Part shown: positions 27,267-36,886 of the stretch, one piece after another | Numbering within the stretch: position 1 is the stretch's first letter | Layout of the letters: the number at the start of each line of letters is the position of its first letter | Origin: Candidatus Gorgyraea atricola | GTDB taxonomy: Bacteria; Omnitrophota; Gorgyraeia; Gorgyraeales; Gorgyraeaceae | Assembly (NCBI GenBank): GCA_030765235.1 | Contig: JAVCCW010000001.1 | Coordinates: forward strand, 35,172-99,171 | Length of the DNA stretch: 64,000 nucleotides | Direction: 5' to 3' | The notes under the pieces: generated by a model | Told to the model about the DNA's origin: nothing | Databases searched by the model: none | What the model saw: only the letters and a program-made list of their open reading frames with translations | Made by a program: the position numbers and the translations under genes

Positions 27267-29090
27267 TTATTCTACTGTAACGCTCTTAGCGAGATTCCTT
27301 GGTTGGTCTACGTCGCAACCTCTTTTAACCGCAATATAATATGCCAAGAGCTGTAATGGCAGGACTGTAACTATGGGTGAAAATAGCTCATCTGTCTTAG
27401 GCACGTATATAACCTCTTTTGTTAATCGCTTTATCTCACTATCCCCCTCAGTGGCCACTATGATTACCTTGCCTTTTCTTGCGCAGATCTCCTGTATATT
27501 AGAAACCATTTTCTCATATATAGACGAATCAGGCGCAATACAGACTACAGCTCTATATTCATCTATCAATGCAATCGGCCCATGCTTCATCTCTCCTGCT
27601 GCATAGCCCTCTGCTGGGATATAGGAAATCTCTTTAAGTTTCAATGCGCCTTCGAGCGCAGTTGGAAAATTCAAATTCCTTCCAAGATACAAGAACGAGC
27701 CATAATGCAGGTGTTTTCCTGCAAGCTTCTTGATATAGTTTTTGTTTTCGAGAACCTTTTCTAATATCCTTGGTAGCGCCTTAAATTCCTTTATTAAAAA
27801 TCTCTTAACCCTTTTTCTCAGTAAGGCCCTTTTCTCAGCAAGATAAAACGAAAGTAGATAAAGTATTGCAAGCTGCGCTGTGTATGCCTTTGTAGATGCA
27901 ACACCTATCTCTGGCCCAGCATAAGTATAAAGGACCCCGTCTGATACTCTAGTAAGGCTTGAACCTACGACATTGCAAATAGATAAAATCTTCGCACCCT
28001 TCTTTTTTGCCTCTTTTATAGCAGCCAGAGTATCTGCTGTCTCACCTGACTGACTTATGGCTATAACGAGTGTATTTTTATCTACGATAAACCGTCTATA
28101 CCTAAACTCAGAAGATAGATCGACTGTTACTGGAATCCTGGTGAATCTTTCTATGAGGTATTTTCCAACCATGCCTGCATGATATGCAGTGCCGCAGGCA
28201 AGGATTATAATATTTGATATCTTTTTTATCTGCATATCAGAAAGATTGATTCCATCAAGCACTATTTCACTCGCACCCTTTATTCGCGAAGATATTATCT
28301 GCTTTAAGACCTTGGGCTGCTCATGTATCTCCTTCAGCATGAAATGCGAAAAGCCTGATTTCTGTGCGCTTGAGACGCTCCATTTAATCGTATCGATCTG
28401 CTTTTTCTTCTTTTTGCCGCTTGCGTCTAAGATCTTTACTTTATTCTGCGATAGACTTACTATTTCACCATCGTCAATATATATGACCCTTTTTGTATGC
28501 CGTAATATTGCCGGCACATCTGAGGCAATAAAATTCTCTCCCCTGCCTACACCGACGATAAGAGGGCTTTCCCTCCTTGCTCCAATTAACTTATCCGGCT
28601 CATTGCTGCAGACGACTCCCAGAGCAAAAGAACCCTTTAAATATTTCACTGCCTTTAATACTGCCTTTTCTAAATCCCCTCTATAGTATTCCTCTATTAA
28701 GTGCGCTATCACTTCGCTATCTGTCTCTGACTTAAATCTGTGACCTTCTCTAATAAGAGTCTCTTTTAACTCGTGAAAATTCTCTATTATGCCGTTGTGA
28801 ACCACTGCAATATCTCCAGTACAGTCTGTATGAGGGTGCGCATTTACATTTGTTGGCGCGCCATGCGTAGCCCAGCGCGTATGTCCTATACCTATTCTGC
28901 TGTGCCCCAATTTCTTGATAATCTGCACAAGGTCTTTCATCTTGCCAGACCGCTTGGCGATCTTTACAGTCCCTTGCCCCACTATACACACGCCTGCAGA
29001 ATCATACCCACGGTACTCAAGCTGCTTCAACCCCTCTATAAGAATCGGCAACGCATCCTTCTTACCTATATACCCAACTATCCCGCACAT
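27267..29090 (-). CDS. glmS: Glutamine--fructose-6-phosphate aminotransferase
   Basis: MCGIVG, GHTRWATHG, SQSGETADT and PRNLAKSVTVE motifs. Confidence 0.98.
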   Translation of the reverse strand: MCGIVGYIGKKDALPILIEGLKQLEYRGYDSAGVCIVGQGTVKIAKRSGKMKDLVQIIKKLGHSRIGIGHTRWATHGAPTNVNAHPHTDCTGDIAVVHNGIIENFHELKETLIREGHRFKSETDSEVIAHLIEEYYRGDLEKAVLKAVKYLKGSFALGVVCSNEPDKLIGARRESPLIVGVGRGENFIASDVPAILRHTKRVIYIDDGEIVSLSQNKVKILDASGKKKKKQIDTIKWSVSSAQKSGFSHFMLKEIHEQPKVLKQIISSRIKGASEIVLDGINLSDMQIKKISNIIILACGTAYHAGMVGKYLIERFTRIPVTVDLSSEFRYRRFIVDKNTLVIAISQSGETADTLAAIKEAKKKGAKILSICNVVGSSLTRVSDGVLYTYAGPEIGVASTKAYTAQLAILYLLSFYLAEKRALLRKRVKRFLIKEFKALPRILEKVLENKNYIKKLAGKHLHYGSFLYLGRNLNFPTALEGALKLKEISYIPAEGYAAGEMKHGPIALIDEYRAVVCIAPDSSIYEKMVSNIQEICARKGKVIIVATEGDSEIKRLTKEVIYVPKTDELFSPIVTVLPLQLLAYYIAVKRGCDVDQPRNLAKSVTVE

Positions 29091-29722
29091 ATGTCCTCCG
29101 GTATCCCGATATCAACCACTATAACTTCACCCGTATGCTCTGGACCTTTATTGATATAAAATCCCTTTTTAGGAAATTGCATTGTTACTGTCTTAGTTGC
29201 CCTTATTGCCTCACCTAAAACTTCGCCAGTATCTGCGTTCAGGCCTGACGGAACGTCTATTGAAAGAATCGGTATATTTCTTTTATTCAAATCTGCGATG
29301 ATCGATCTAGCTGGCTCCCTAACTTCACCCTTCAAACCTATCCCAAATATAGCATCTATAAGTAACTGAGGTCGGACCTCGAACACTTGATGTTCGAGGT
29401 CCGACCTCGGCACTATCTCTTCTACAGCAACACCGATCTTCATCAACTTATCCAAATTTATCTTTGGATCATTCTTTATGCTGGATATTTTACCTATTAT
29501 ATATACCTGAACCTCTGCTCCCTTATTGGCCAAATGCCTCGCAGCTACAAGCCCGTCCCCTCCATTATTGCCTGTGCCACAGAATATTGCAACCCTTTTT
29601 GCAGAAACCTCCTCTGCCACCTTGCGGCCTGCATTTTCCATGAGCACAATTGAGGCAATACCAATCTCCTCTATTGTCTTGCGGTCCATTTCCTGCATCT
29701 CTTTCACGCTGACTCTCCGCAT
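29078..29722 (-). CDS. nnrE: NAD(P)H-hydrate epimerase (YjeF N-terminal domain)
   Basis: LMENAG, GTGNNGGDG, DAIFGIG and DVPSG motifs. Start placed at MRRVS (29722), downstream of a TTGCCC-17-TATAAT promoter. Confidence 0.9.
   Translation of the reverse strand: MRRVSVKEMQEMDRKTIEEIGIASIVLMENAGRKVAEEVSAKRVAIFCGTGNNGGDGLVAARHLANKGAEVQVYIIGKISSIKNDPKINLDKLMKIGVAVEEIVPRSDLEHQVFEVRPQLLIDAIFGIGLKGEVREPARSIIADLNKRNIPILSIDVPSGLNADTGEVLGEAIRATKTVTMQFPKKGFYINKGPEHTGEVIVVDIGIPEDICAG
29368..29408. repeat. REP-like palindrome with 18-bp arms inside the nnrE coding sequence
   Basis: gaggtcggacctcgaaca-cttga-tgttcgaggtccgacctc; translated as RSDLEHQVFEVRP. Confidence 0.9.
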
Positions 29723-29800
29723 AGGCCCATGTATTATAACACCCCTCACTTTATAGGGCAAGGTTGAACCTTTAATGGGGATATGATACACTTATAGACA

Positions 29801-32026
29801 ATGAACCTTAAAAGAAAGCTCTATCTAAGCGCATTTGTGCTGGGCCTGACCTCGATGGTAGGCCAGATCATTATTATAAGGGAGCTTATTGTAGTATCCT
29901 ATGGGAATGAGCTTTCGCTTGGCATCATACTTGCGAGCTGGCTATTCTGGGTATCTATCGGGAGTCTGGTATTTGGACGGCTCGTTGATAAAATCAAATT
30001 TAAAGAAACGCTGCTCTCTATCATTCAGCTGGCAACATCTATCGCCTTACCACTACATATATTCCTCATAAGAAATATAAAATCCCTGCTACACATATCT
30101 CCGGGAGAGGTAATGGGATTTTCTTCTATATTTATCTCTTCTTTTCTATCTCTTAGCGCAATATGTGTACTCTTGGGATTTACATTTACGCTAATATCAA
30201 AACTCGCTGCTACGAATTCTAAAGTTCCGTCTAAAGAAATAGGAAAGATCTATCTCTTAGAAGGTCTCGGCGCATCTATCGGAGGCATAGTATATAGTTT
30301 TTTCCTGATAACAACTCTCTCGCCGCTACAGAATATATTAATAGTCAGTTCTTGTAATCTAGTCGCCTCCATCTTTTTCAACAGAAATATCCTGCAGCTT
30401 GCATATCTGATCATACTCTCTGTGGCATTTGTACTTAACTGGCCATCACATTTGGATAGATTTGCCAGATCCATGCAGTTCAGGCCCTTTAAAATGGTTG
30501 AGAGCGTTGATTCTATATATGGAAATATCAGCGTCACTAAAACAGGTAAAGAGTATAGTTTCTTTGAGAATGGGCTTTTGATGTTTACCAGCGGTGATAC
30601 GCTTACGAGCGAAGAAGCTGTGCATTATGCAATGCTCGAGCATCCGTCTCCGAAAAACATACTCCTTATAGGAGGAGGTATAGGCGGACCTTTACAGCAA
30701 ATCCTCAAACACCGCGTGGATAATGTAGACTATGTAGAATTGGATCCCCTGATTATTGAGGTGGCTGAAAAATATCTCGCACCTGTAAAGGATAAGCGCG
30801 TCAACATACATCATATCGACGGCAGGCTGTTTGTGAAGCAACAACTGAGGGACAAGGGACAAGGGACAAGGGACAAGGGTTATGACATAGTAATAATAAA
30901 CCTCCCGGATCCATATACAGCTATGTTAAATAGGTTCTACTCTGTCGAGTTCTTCGGGGAGGTAAAAGAAATCCTCTCAGACGGCGGGCTTCTCTCATTC
31001 TCCCTGACTTCCTCTGAAAATTACATAAACCGCGAGAATGCAAGATATCTTGGCTGTATCTATAATACCCTCCAAAAAGAATTTAAAGACACAAAGGTCT
31101 TTCCAGGAGATAGCGTTGTGTTTCTCGCGTCAAACAAAACAGGTTCTCTTACGTACGACGCTAATATCCTTCTCCAAAGATTAAAAGAAAGACGGATAAA
31201 AACTCAATTTGTAAGAGAATATTACCTGCCTTTTAAACTCGCGCCCCTTAGGATCAAATATGTTGAAAATACTCTGCAGGAATTTGGCAGTAAAAAGATA
31301 AATCAGGACCTCAGGCCAATAGGATACTTCTACCACATACTATTATGGATGACGCTTTTTTCTGCAGGAAGGAGCATGCTACCGCATATTGGACTGATCA
31401 ACATCTATCTCTTTAGCGGGATAGCTTTCGCGCTCTTTCTCATTGCTCTCTTAATACAAAAACTAAAAAGGTCTTCTTTCAAAGTGCCAGTGGTATTATC
31501 CGTCGGCACTACTGGCATGAGTGAAATAGCCTTTCAGATAATCGTGATATTGGCATTTCAATCTCTATACGGCTATGTGTACTATAAGATAGGTGTAATT
31601 CTCACTTCATTTATGATAGGTCTAGTCTTGGGTAGCTTTTATATCAACAAATATCTTGGCCGCATTAAAAATGAAAGGACATTATATCTAAAGATCCAGG
31701 CGCTTATATGCGTCTACCCTTTGATCCTTCCTTTGATATTTACAAAACCTATTCCTGAGATAAGCTTCGCGATGCTGCCAATAGTAGCTGGATTTTTAGG
31801 CGGGGTGCAATTTCCGTTGGCAAACAAGATCTGCCTGAAGAGCGCCAAAGATGTGGGAAAAACTACAGGCGGTCTTTATGGGATCGATCTCTTGGGTGCT
31901 TGTATTGGTGGATTACTGGTAGGTTTATTACTGGTCCCGATACTAGGCATCATCCAGACCTGCATATTTCTATTTATTATCAATACACTTGTCTTAATAC
32001 TGCTTTGTAATTCCCGCCCGTCTTGA
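29801..32026 (+). CDS. Multi-TM membrane protein fused to a spermidine synthase-like SAM-binding domain
   Basis: N- and C-terminal TM bundles; LLIGGGIGG, VELDP, DGRLF, NLPDP and RFYS.EFF motifs. Upstream TTGAAC-17-TACACT. Confidence 0.85.
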   Translation: MNLKRKLYLSAFVLGLTSMVGQIIIIRELIVVSYGNELSLGIILASWLFWVSIGSLVFGRLVDKIKFKETLLSIIQLATSIALPLHIFLIRNIKSLLHISPGEVMGFSSIFISSFLSLSAICVLLGFTFTLISKLAATNSKVPSKEIGKIYLLEGLGASIGGIVYSFFLITTLSPLQNILIVSSCNLVASIFFNRNILQLAYLIILSVAFVLNWPSHLDRFARSMQFRPFKMVESVDSIYGNISVTKTGKEYSFFENGLLMFTSGDTLTSEEAVHYAMLEHPSPKNILLIGGGIGGPLQQILKHRVDNVDYVELDPLIIEVAEKYLAPVKDKRVNIHHIDGRLFVKQQLRDKGQGTRDKGYDIVIINLPDPYTAMLNRFYSVEFFGEVKEILSDGGLLSFSLTSSENYINRENARYLGCIYNTLQKEFKDTKVFPGDSVVFLASNKTGSLTYDANILLQRLKERRIKTQFVREYYLPFKLAPLRIKYVENTLQEFGSKKINQDLRPIGYFYHILLWMTLFSAGRSMLPHIGLINIYLFSGIAFALFLIALLIQKLKRSSFKVPVVLSVGTTGMSEIAFQIIVILAFQSLYGYVYYKIGVILTSFMIGLVLGSFYINKYLGRIKNERTLYLKIQALICVYPLILPLIFTKPIPEISFAMLPIVAGFLGGVQFPLANKICLKSAKDVGKTTGGLYGIDLLGACIGGLLVGLLLVPILGIIQTCIFLFIINTLVLILLCNSRPS
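30848..30879. repeat. Heptamer tandem repeat (AGGGACA)x4.5 inside the CDS
   Basis: Encodes RDKGQGTRDKG; same unit as the pyrK repeat. Confidence 0.9.
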
Positions 32027-32119
32027 TTTTTCAAAAAAATATGCTATACTTTAATTAGTGAATAAACCATGGTGAAAGGAGGCGCGGAGTTAGCGCAAGC
32101 ACAAAGGTTTATAGCCTAT

Positions 32120-32149
32120 AAAAAAGACCCTTATTGAAGGGTCTTTTTT
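32120..32149. terminator. Bidirectional intrinsic terminator
   Basis: aaaaaagaccctt-attg-aagggtctttttt between convergent genes. Confidence 0.85.
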
Positions 32150-33605
32150 ATTTCACATCCTCTTCGCCAAAGACCTCCGCTGAATAGATATAGATCTCTG
32201 TAGAGCTATCCTTCCACGCGGTTACGCTCAGGCCTGCTTTTTGGCAGGTGTGCTGAAGAAAAGTGTCTCTATCCCAACCATATTCTGTTGCGACCTGTGG
32301 TAATAAAATTCCTGAATAAAATCCTTGCTTCATATACAGGCCATGCTTACCGACCTCTATCTCGTTTACATCATCTATTCGTTTTAGAGGTGTAAGCGCT
32401 GATATCTCTATTTCCATATCTTTCAGCTCATCCTCATTCATCGGACTAAACCTTGGATCTTTTATTGCAGCTGAGCGCGCAACATCTTTGACAGTCTCAT
32501 GGAGAGGCTTTACTGCGATTATATAGCCTATACAGCCACGAAGCTGGCCGTGTTTTTTTATTGTCACAAACGCCCCGCAGTTTTCTTTGAGCCGCTCTTC
32601 TGTAACTTCAGGATAAAATCCTTTTTTCCCAGTTACAGACTCTATGATAGATGCCTTAGCGATCTCCATGAGTTTTCTCTTTTCTTCTTTATTTAAATAT
32701 TCATCCTTCATGAGCATCTCCCCCCTTTCAGGGACGTATATAACAATGCTTGAATAACCCACTACCCTTGATTTATCTCCTGTAACATCTCCGGAATTTG
32801 CGTATTTCAAAATCTTTGCCTTTGCATTATGTCTATTCGCAAGCATTATGGTAGCGAGCACTGCAATAGGCGCGTCTATCTCAGTGTCGCCATTCTTTAG
32901 CTGCTCCAATAACCCTTCTGCATCTAATTTTTCAATAGCAGAGATGCCACTTTTATCAAGCTGTACTGCCTTTTCATAAGCATAATAATGAGACAGATCC
33001 ACACTTATCACTAAAAGCGTATCGCGATCCATCGTGTCATAAAGCGCGTCACTTAAAATGCGCGCGTCACTAAATAGAGGCGTGCCCATGGTAATAGGCA
33101 CTATCGTAAAGTCCTTGTATATCCTCTGTAGAAATGGAAGCTCTACTTCAATGGCATGCTCTTTCTGGTGCGCCTCAGGATAGAATTTAAATCTATCGCT
33201 CTTTTTCATGATCTTTCCAGCAAGCTCTTCGTCTATCTTGATGCGACCAAGAGGAGTCTCGAAAAAACCTTTGTTATAAATAGAAATGCCCTCAAACCCT
33301 ACATAATGACTGGGTGAGATGATTATTATTTTCTTAAAATCTGTACCTTGCAGCTGCTTAAATCCATGCGCAGCGACCTGACCAGAATATCTATAGCCTG
33401 CGTGCGGCACAATGACTGCCAGAAACCTTGCATCAAGATCTACCTTTTTAACATTATCCAAAAACCCATCCACTGCCTCTAACAGCTCACTTTTATCCCC
33501 AGGATAAAACGCGCCTGCAACAGCTGCTTTTCGCACCTCTTCAGAAGAAGAGTTGCTGCATGAAAATAAAAATACAAGAAGAATTAGAATCGCTATTTTT
33601 CTCAT
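32148..33605 (-). CDS. AmmeMemoRadiSam protein B (MEMO) + protein A (AMMECR1) fusion, probable lipoprotein
   Basis: Lipobox-like FLFSC; MEMO motifs VRKAAVAGAFYP, PHAGYRYSG, EHAIEVELPFLQ, DLSHY, VVGY; AMMECR1 motifs GAFVT..LRGCIG and LLPQVA. Confidence 0.9.
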   Translation of the reverse strand: MRKIAILILLVFLFSCSNSSSEEVRKAAVAGAFYPGDKSELLEAVDGFLDNVKKVDLDARFLAVIVPHAGYRYSGQVAAHGFKQLQGTDFKKIIIISPSHYVGFEGISIYNKGFFETPLGRIKIDEELAGKIMKKSDRFKFYPEAHQKEHAIEVELPFLQRIYKDFTIVPITMGTPLFSDARILSDALYDTMDRDTLLVISVDLSHYYAYEKAVQLDKSGISAIEKLDAEGLLEQLKNGDTEIDAPIAVLATIMLANRHNAKAKILKYANSGDVTGDKSRVVGYSSIVIYVPERGEMLMKDEYLNKEEKRKLMEIAKASIIESVTGKKGFYPEVTEERLKENCGAFVTIKKHGQLRGCIGYIIAVKPLHETVKDVARSAAIKDPRFSPMNEDELKDMEIEISALTPLKRIDDVNEIEVGKHGLYMKQGFYSGILLPQVATEYGWDRDTFLQHTCQKAGLSVTAWKDSSTEIYIYSAEVFGEEDVK

Positions 33606-33607
33606 GA

Positions 33608-33748
33608 TTAACCTGCCAAATTCTTATAATACCGCGCCTCTTTATGTTTACGAGGAATGATCTTCAATAAAGGCGCGATCAAAACTCCCAAAATCCCCAA
33701 AACCCCTGTCTTCAAAAACTCCTTCCGAGTAATCTTTTTCCCAAACAT
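33608..33748 (-). CDS. Unannotated 46-aa protein with a Tat-like signal (TRKEFLK) and a KEARYY tail
   Basis: Hand translation MFGKKITRKEFLKTGVLGILGVLIAPLLKIIPRKHKEARYYKNLAG; strong AAGGAGG SD; fills the gap in the operon. Confidence 0.7.
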   Translation of the reverse strand: MFGKKITRKEFLKTGVLGILGVLIAPLLKIIPRKHKEARYYKNLAG

Positions 33749-33778
33749 CTTCCCCTCCTTTACCTCTTCCACCTACCA

Positions 33779-33804
33779 GTAGGCCAGGTTTAAACCTGGC
33801 CTAC
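33779..33804. repeat. GTAG-type REP-like perfect palindrome
   Basis: gtaggccaggtttaaacctggcctac. Confidence 0.85.
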
Positions 33805-33830
33805 ATGGGAGGAAATAAGCCTACATTAAG

Positions 33831-34808
33831 TTATTTCCATCTACCAGGTATTTGGTGGCTGCAAAATTTGCATTTGCCTTGTTCTGTAACATTATACTCT
33901 AAGATCATATAGCCGCGCCTGCCGATTACTGTATTTTTGCACATAGGGCAATACGTATTATTGCCGTCGTGGCCTGGCACATTACCTACGTAGACATAGT
34001 GGATACCTTTTGACATTGCAATGTCTCTTGCCAGCGTCAAAACCTCTTCTGGCGTGGGCGGAAGATTCTTGAGCTGATACATTGGCCAGAACCTGGAAAA
34101 ATGTAACGGCACCTCTGGCCCCACATTATCTACTATCCACTCGCAAAGCTTGGAAAAATCCTCTCTCGTATCATTATAAGTCGGCACTATAAGATTCGTA
34201 AGCTCTACCCATACGCCAGAACGTTTCATTGTAACTATTGTATCCAACACTGGCTGAAGCGTACCATTACACACTGTGTTATAGAATTTCTCTGTCATGC
34301 CTTTTAGATCAATGTTCGCAGCATCCACAAATGTAGTGGCCTCTTTTAATGGCTCTGGATTTATATAACCTGCTGTGACCCAAACATTCAAGAGTCCGTT
34401 TTTATGAGCGAGCCTAGCGCTATCAGCGGCATATTCAAAGAATGTAATCGGCTCAGAGTATGTATACGCTATTGTACTGCACTTTGCGGCAATAGCCTGC
34501 GCCACCATTTCTTCTGGAGGAAGGTCCATATTCCGGGTATTCTCAGGCTCTCTCTGCGATATCTCCCAGTTCTGACAGTACATGCAATGCAGATTGCATC
34601 CTGCTGTTGCTATAGAAAATGACTTTGTGCTGGGCAAATAATGAAAAAGCGGCTTTTTCTCAATCGGATCCACATGCACTGCGCATGGCTTACCATAGAC
34701 AAGCGTCTGTAGCTTTCCGTCTATATTCATACGAGAACGGCAGTCACCCCTGGCGCCATTACCTAAGATACATCTTCTAGGACATAATAAACACTGGACA
34801 TTACTCAT
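33831..34808 (-). CDS. AmmeMemoRadiSam radical SAM enzyme
   Basis: CLLCPRRC, DPIEKKPLFH, GCNLHCMYCQNWEISQ, YTYSEP and HFSRF.P motifs. Confidence 0.93.
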   Translation of the reverse strand: MSNVQCLLCPRRCILGNGARGDCRSRMNIDGKLQTLVYGKPCAVHVDPIEKKPLFHYLPSTKSFSIATAGCNLHCMYCQNWEISQREPENTRNMDLPPEEMVAQAIAAKCSTIAYTYSEPITFFEYAADSARLAHKNGLLNVWVTAGYINPEPLKEATTFVDAANIDLKGMTEKFYNTVCNGTLQPVLDTIVTMKRSGVWVELTNLIVPTYNDTREDFSKLCEWIVDNVGPEVPLHFSRFWPMYQLKNLPPTPEEVLTLARDIAMSKGIHYVYVGNVPGHDGNNTYCPMCKNTVIGRRGYMILEYNVTEQGKCKFCSHQIPGRWK

Positions 34809-34944
34809 CTATCACACTGTAATAACTTGCTTCTCTGGTTTCTAGATTAGATTTGGCTGGTTCTGTCGTCTTGCTCATTTTCCCCAGACTATAAATAGTG
34901 ATTATTACTATAATAATCGCCAGCGCTATAAAAAATCTACGCAT
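34801..34944 (-). CDS. Unannotated 47-aa membrane-anchored peptide, or frameshifted N-terminus of the radical SAM gene
   Basis: Hand translation MRRFFIALAIIIVIITIYSLGKMSKTTEPAKSNLETREASYYSVIDE; overlaps the lgt stop and the rSAM start. Confidence 0.65.
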   Translation of the reverse strand: MRRFFIALAIIIVIITIYSLGKMSKTTEPAKSNLETREASYYSVIDE

Positions 34945-35647
34945 TTTTCTTTCTCCTCATATAAAGAGCGACCGCTATTATAAAAACTACGCCACTTATA
35001 ACCTGCGCTATCTTGATATCAGTTCCCCAAATATAAAGGCTATCCGCTCGTAGACTCGAGACTACTATCCTTATAGAATTATATATCATCAGATACAATA
35101 AAAAAAGCCCGCCAGAAAATATTATCTTCTTTCTCGCTATCCACAGGCCAAAAAATCCAATCAAATTCAAAACCATTTCATAAGCTTGAGTTGAATGAAC
35201 CCTTGAAGCATCTATTGGAATGCCATAACAACATCCATTTAAAAGACAGCCGATCCTGCCAATTGCCTGGCCCAGAAGAAGTGACGGCGCTACTAAATCA
35301 GCCAATCCCCAAAAAGAAATCCCACGGCGCTTCGCAAATAAAATACACGCGATTATTCCACCCAATATCCCACCATGTATGGCAAGCCCTCCCTGCCATA
35401 TCCTGAATATAGACAGTGGCTCTTCTATAAAAACTCGCGGGCTAAAAAATAAAAGATAATAAAGACGAGCGCCTATTAATGCGCCGATGATGAGATAAAA
35501 AGAAAGATCGTAAATTAAATCTTTCTTGAAATTTTTTCTAACTGCCTCGATCCTGGCAAGATAAATACCAAAAACAAAAGCTATGGCAATCATCATGCCA
35601 TAGCTATAAATTGTTATTGGGCCAAATTTGGCTATTATGGGGTGCAT
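34937..35647 (-). CDS. lgt: Prolipoprotein diacylglyceryl transferase
   Basis: YSYG, GARLYY, GGLAIHGG, GQAIGRIGC and H.TQ.YE motifs. Confidence 0.93.
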   Translation of the reverse strand: MHPIIAKFGPITIYSYGMMIAIAFVFGIYLARIEAVRKNFKKDLIYDLSFYLIIGALIGARLYYLLFFSPRVFIEEPLSIFRIWQGGLAIHGGILGGIIACILFAKRRGISFWGLADLVAPSLLLGQAIGRIGCLLNGCCYGIPIDASRVHSTQAYEMVLNLIGFFGLWIARKKIIFSGGLFLLYLMIYNSIRIVVSSLRADSLYIWGTDIKIAQVISGVVFIIAVALYMRRKKNA

Positions 35648-35651
35648 CTTG

Positions 35652-36389
35652 TCATTTTATCTGTAGATCCAGCTTACCTGTTCTCTGCTTTGCAAGATCC
35701 CAGCTATACTCGTAAAGATGAAGGCCTTTGCTTGAGGCTATCATCTCGCCATTCTCAACGCCTATCTCTTCTGCCATGTATTGTTTTACCAGCTCTAGCC
35801 CGCCAAGATTCGATGGAAACCCTCCCCACAGATCCCAAGACCTGAAATACGGAAAGAAATGTAATTTCCCATACCGGATCCTAGTATCTATAAGTCTCAA
35901 GCACGGCGGATCATTGAGTTTTATATCAGATGGCATGCCTATTTCCATTACTGCCTGATTCGTGCCATGGCCCTGCGTCTTATACATCTTTATCACTTCT
36001 TCAACCTGATTTACCTCAAGCGGCATCTCTTTAACTATTTCTTTTTCCTTGAATCTGACCTTCGCGTCTACTAATCTTTCCCCATAAGTATAATCTTCTG
36101 TCTCTGTTTTCTGGCCAGTCAATAAATAAGACAGGTACCCATTTATATATTCCATACTGGTCGGCGCTGGTATGCTAGCGCCCTCTGGCATTATAGGAAT
36201 GATCTGATGAGAAGGATTTTTTATGCGGATAGTAACAAAATCAAACTCAAGCCTCTTCTGCCCCTCGTAGCTTCCCCTTGTTATCTTATACACATGGCCA
36301 TTGTCCAAGATCTCAGACAAACACCTGAACCACGCGTCATCCAGATCAAAGGCTTCAATATGAACAGGATTAAGCTCATTTTTGGACAT
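35652..36389 (-). CDS. thyA: Short (archaeal-like) ThyA-family thymidylate synthase
   Basis: YTYGERL, DPPCLR, FRSWD, P.N and LHLY motifs. Confidence 0.75.
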   Translation of the reverse strand: MSKNELNPVHIEAFDLDDAWFRCLSEILDNGHVYKITRGSYEGQKRLEFDFVTIRIKNPSHQIIPIMPEGASIPAPTSMEYINGYLSYLLTGQKTETEDYTYGERLVDAKVRFKEKEIVKEMPLEVNQVEEVIKMYKTQGHGTNQAVMEIGMPSDIKLNDPPCLRLIDTRIRYGKLHFFPYFRSWDLWGGFPSNLGGLELVKQYMAEEIGVENGEMIASSKGLHLYEYSWDLAKQRTGKLDLQIK

Positions 36390-36886
36390 TACTTTAATCT
36401 CCAGTGCTTTTTTAATTCGTCGTTAATATTTTTGACCTTATGACCCTCTAATTCTTTTTCCTCTATTTTACTCTTTGATTTTCTCTTCTTCAACATAATT
36501 ATATTCTTTAATTCACTTATAGAAATCGCGTCACTACCATAGACCCTTGCGTGATTCCTGACAAAATTATCATCAGACGCGACACTTATCTGGTTGCTGT
36601 TAGACGCGGCCCTTAGCATATCCACAATAACGTTATCCGCATCCTTATCATAAGTCCCATACACTACCTCGATGTTCCCATATGCCTCTTGCCTCACGCC
36701 AAGCTCTTTATCCTTGCTGTCAAATACAATAGATACTTTATCAAACATGCGCTTCTTAGACATAAAATCCAAAAGTATTCTAATAAAATGCAAGCGGCTT
36801 GCCTCAAGGCTGATATCCTTCTTAGCCTCAAGCTCTTTGATCTTATTTATCGCGTTATATCCATCTATGATTAAATGCTTCGACAC
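36389..36886 (-). CDS. YacP-like NYN domain protein
   Basis: IIDGYN, IVFD, DADNVI and VASDD motifs. Confidence 0.85.
   Translation of the reverse strand: MSKHLIIDGYNAINKIKELEAKKDISLEASRLHFIRILLDFMSKKRMFDKVSIVFDSKDKELGVRQEAYGNIEVVYGTYDKDADNVIVDMLRAASNSNQISVASDDNFVRNHARVYGSDAISISELKNIIMLKKRKSKSKIEEKELEGHKVKNINDELKKHWRLK

Noticed and set aside
29078-29100. glmS ribozyme
   Set aside because: glmS overlaps the nnrE stop, so there is no leader to hold it.
29723-29791. N-terminal extension of nnrE in the ORF track
   Set aside because: The region holds the divergent promoters; homology begins at MRRVS.
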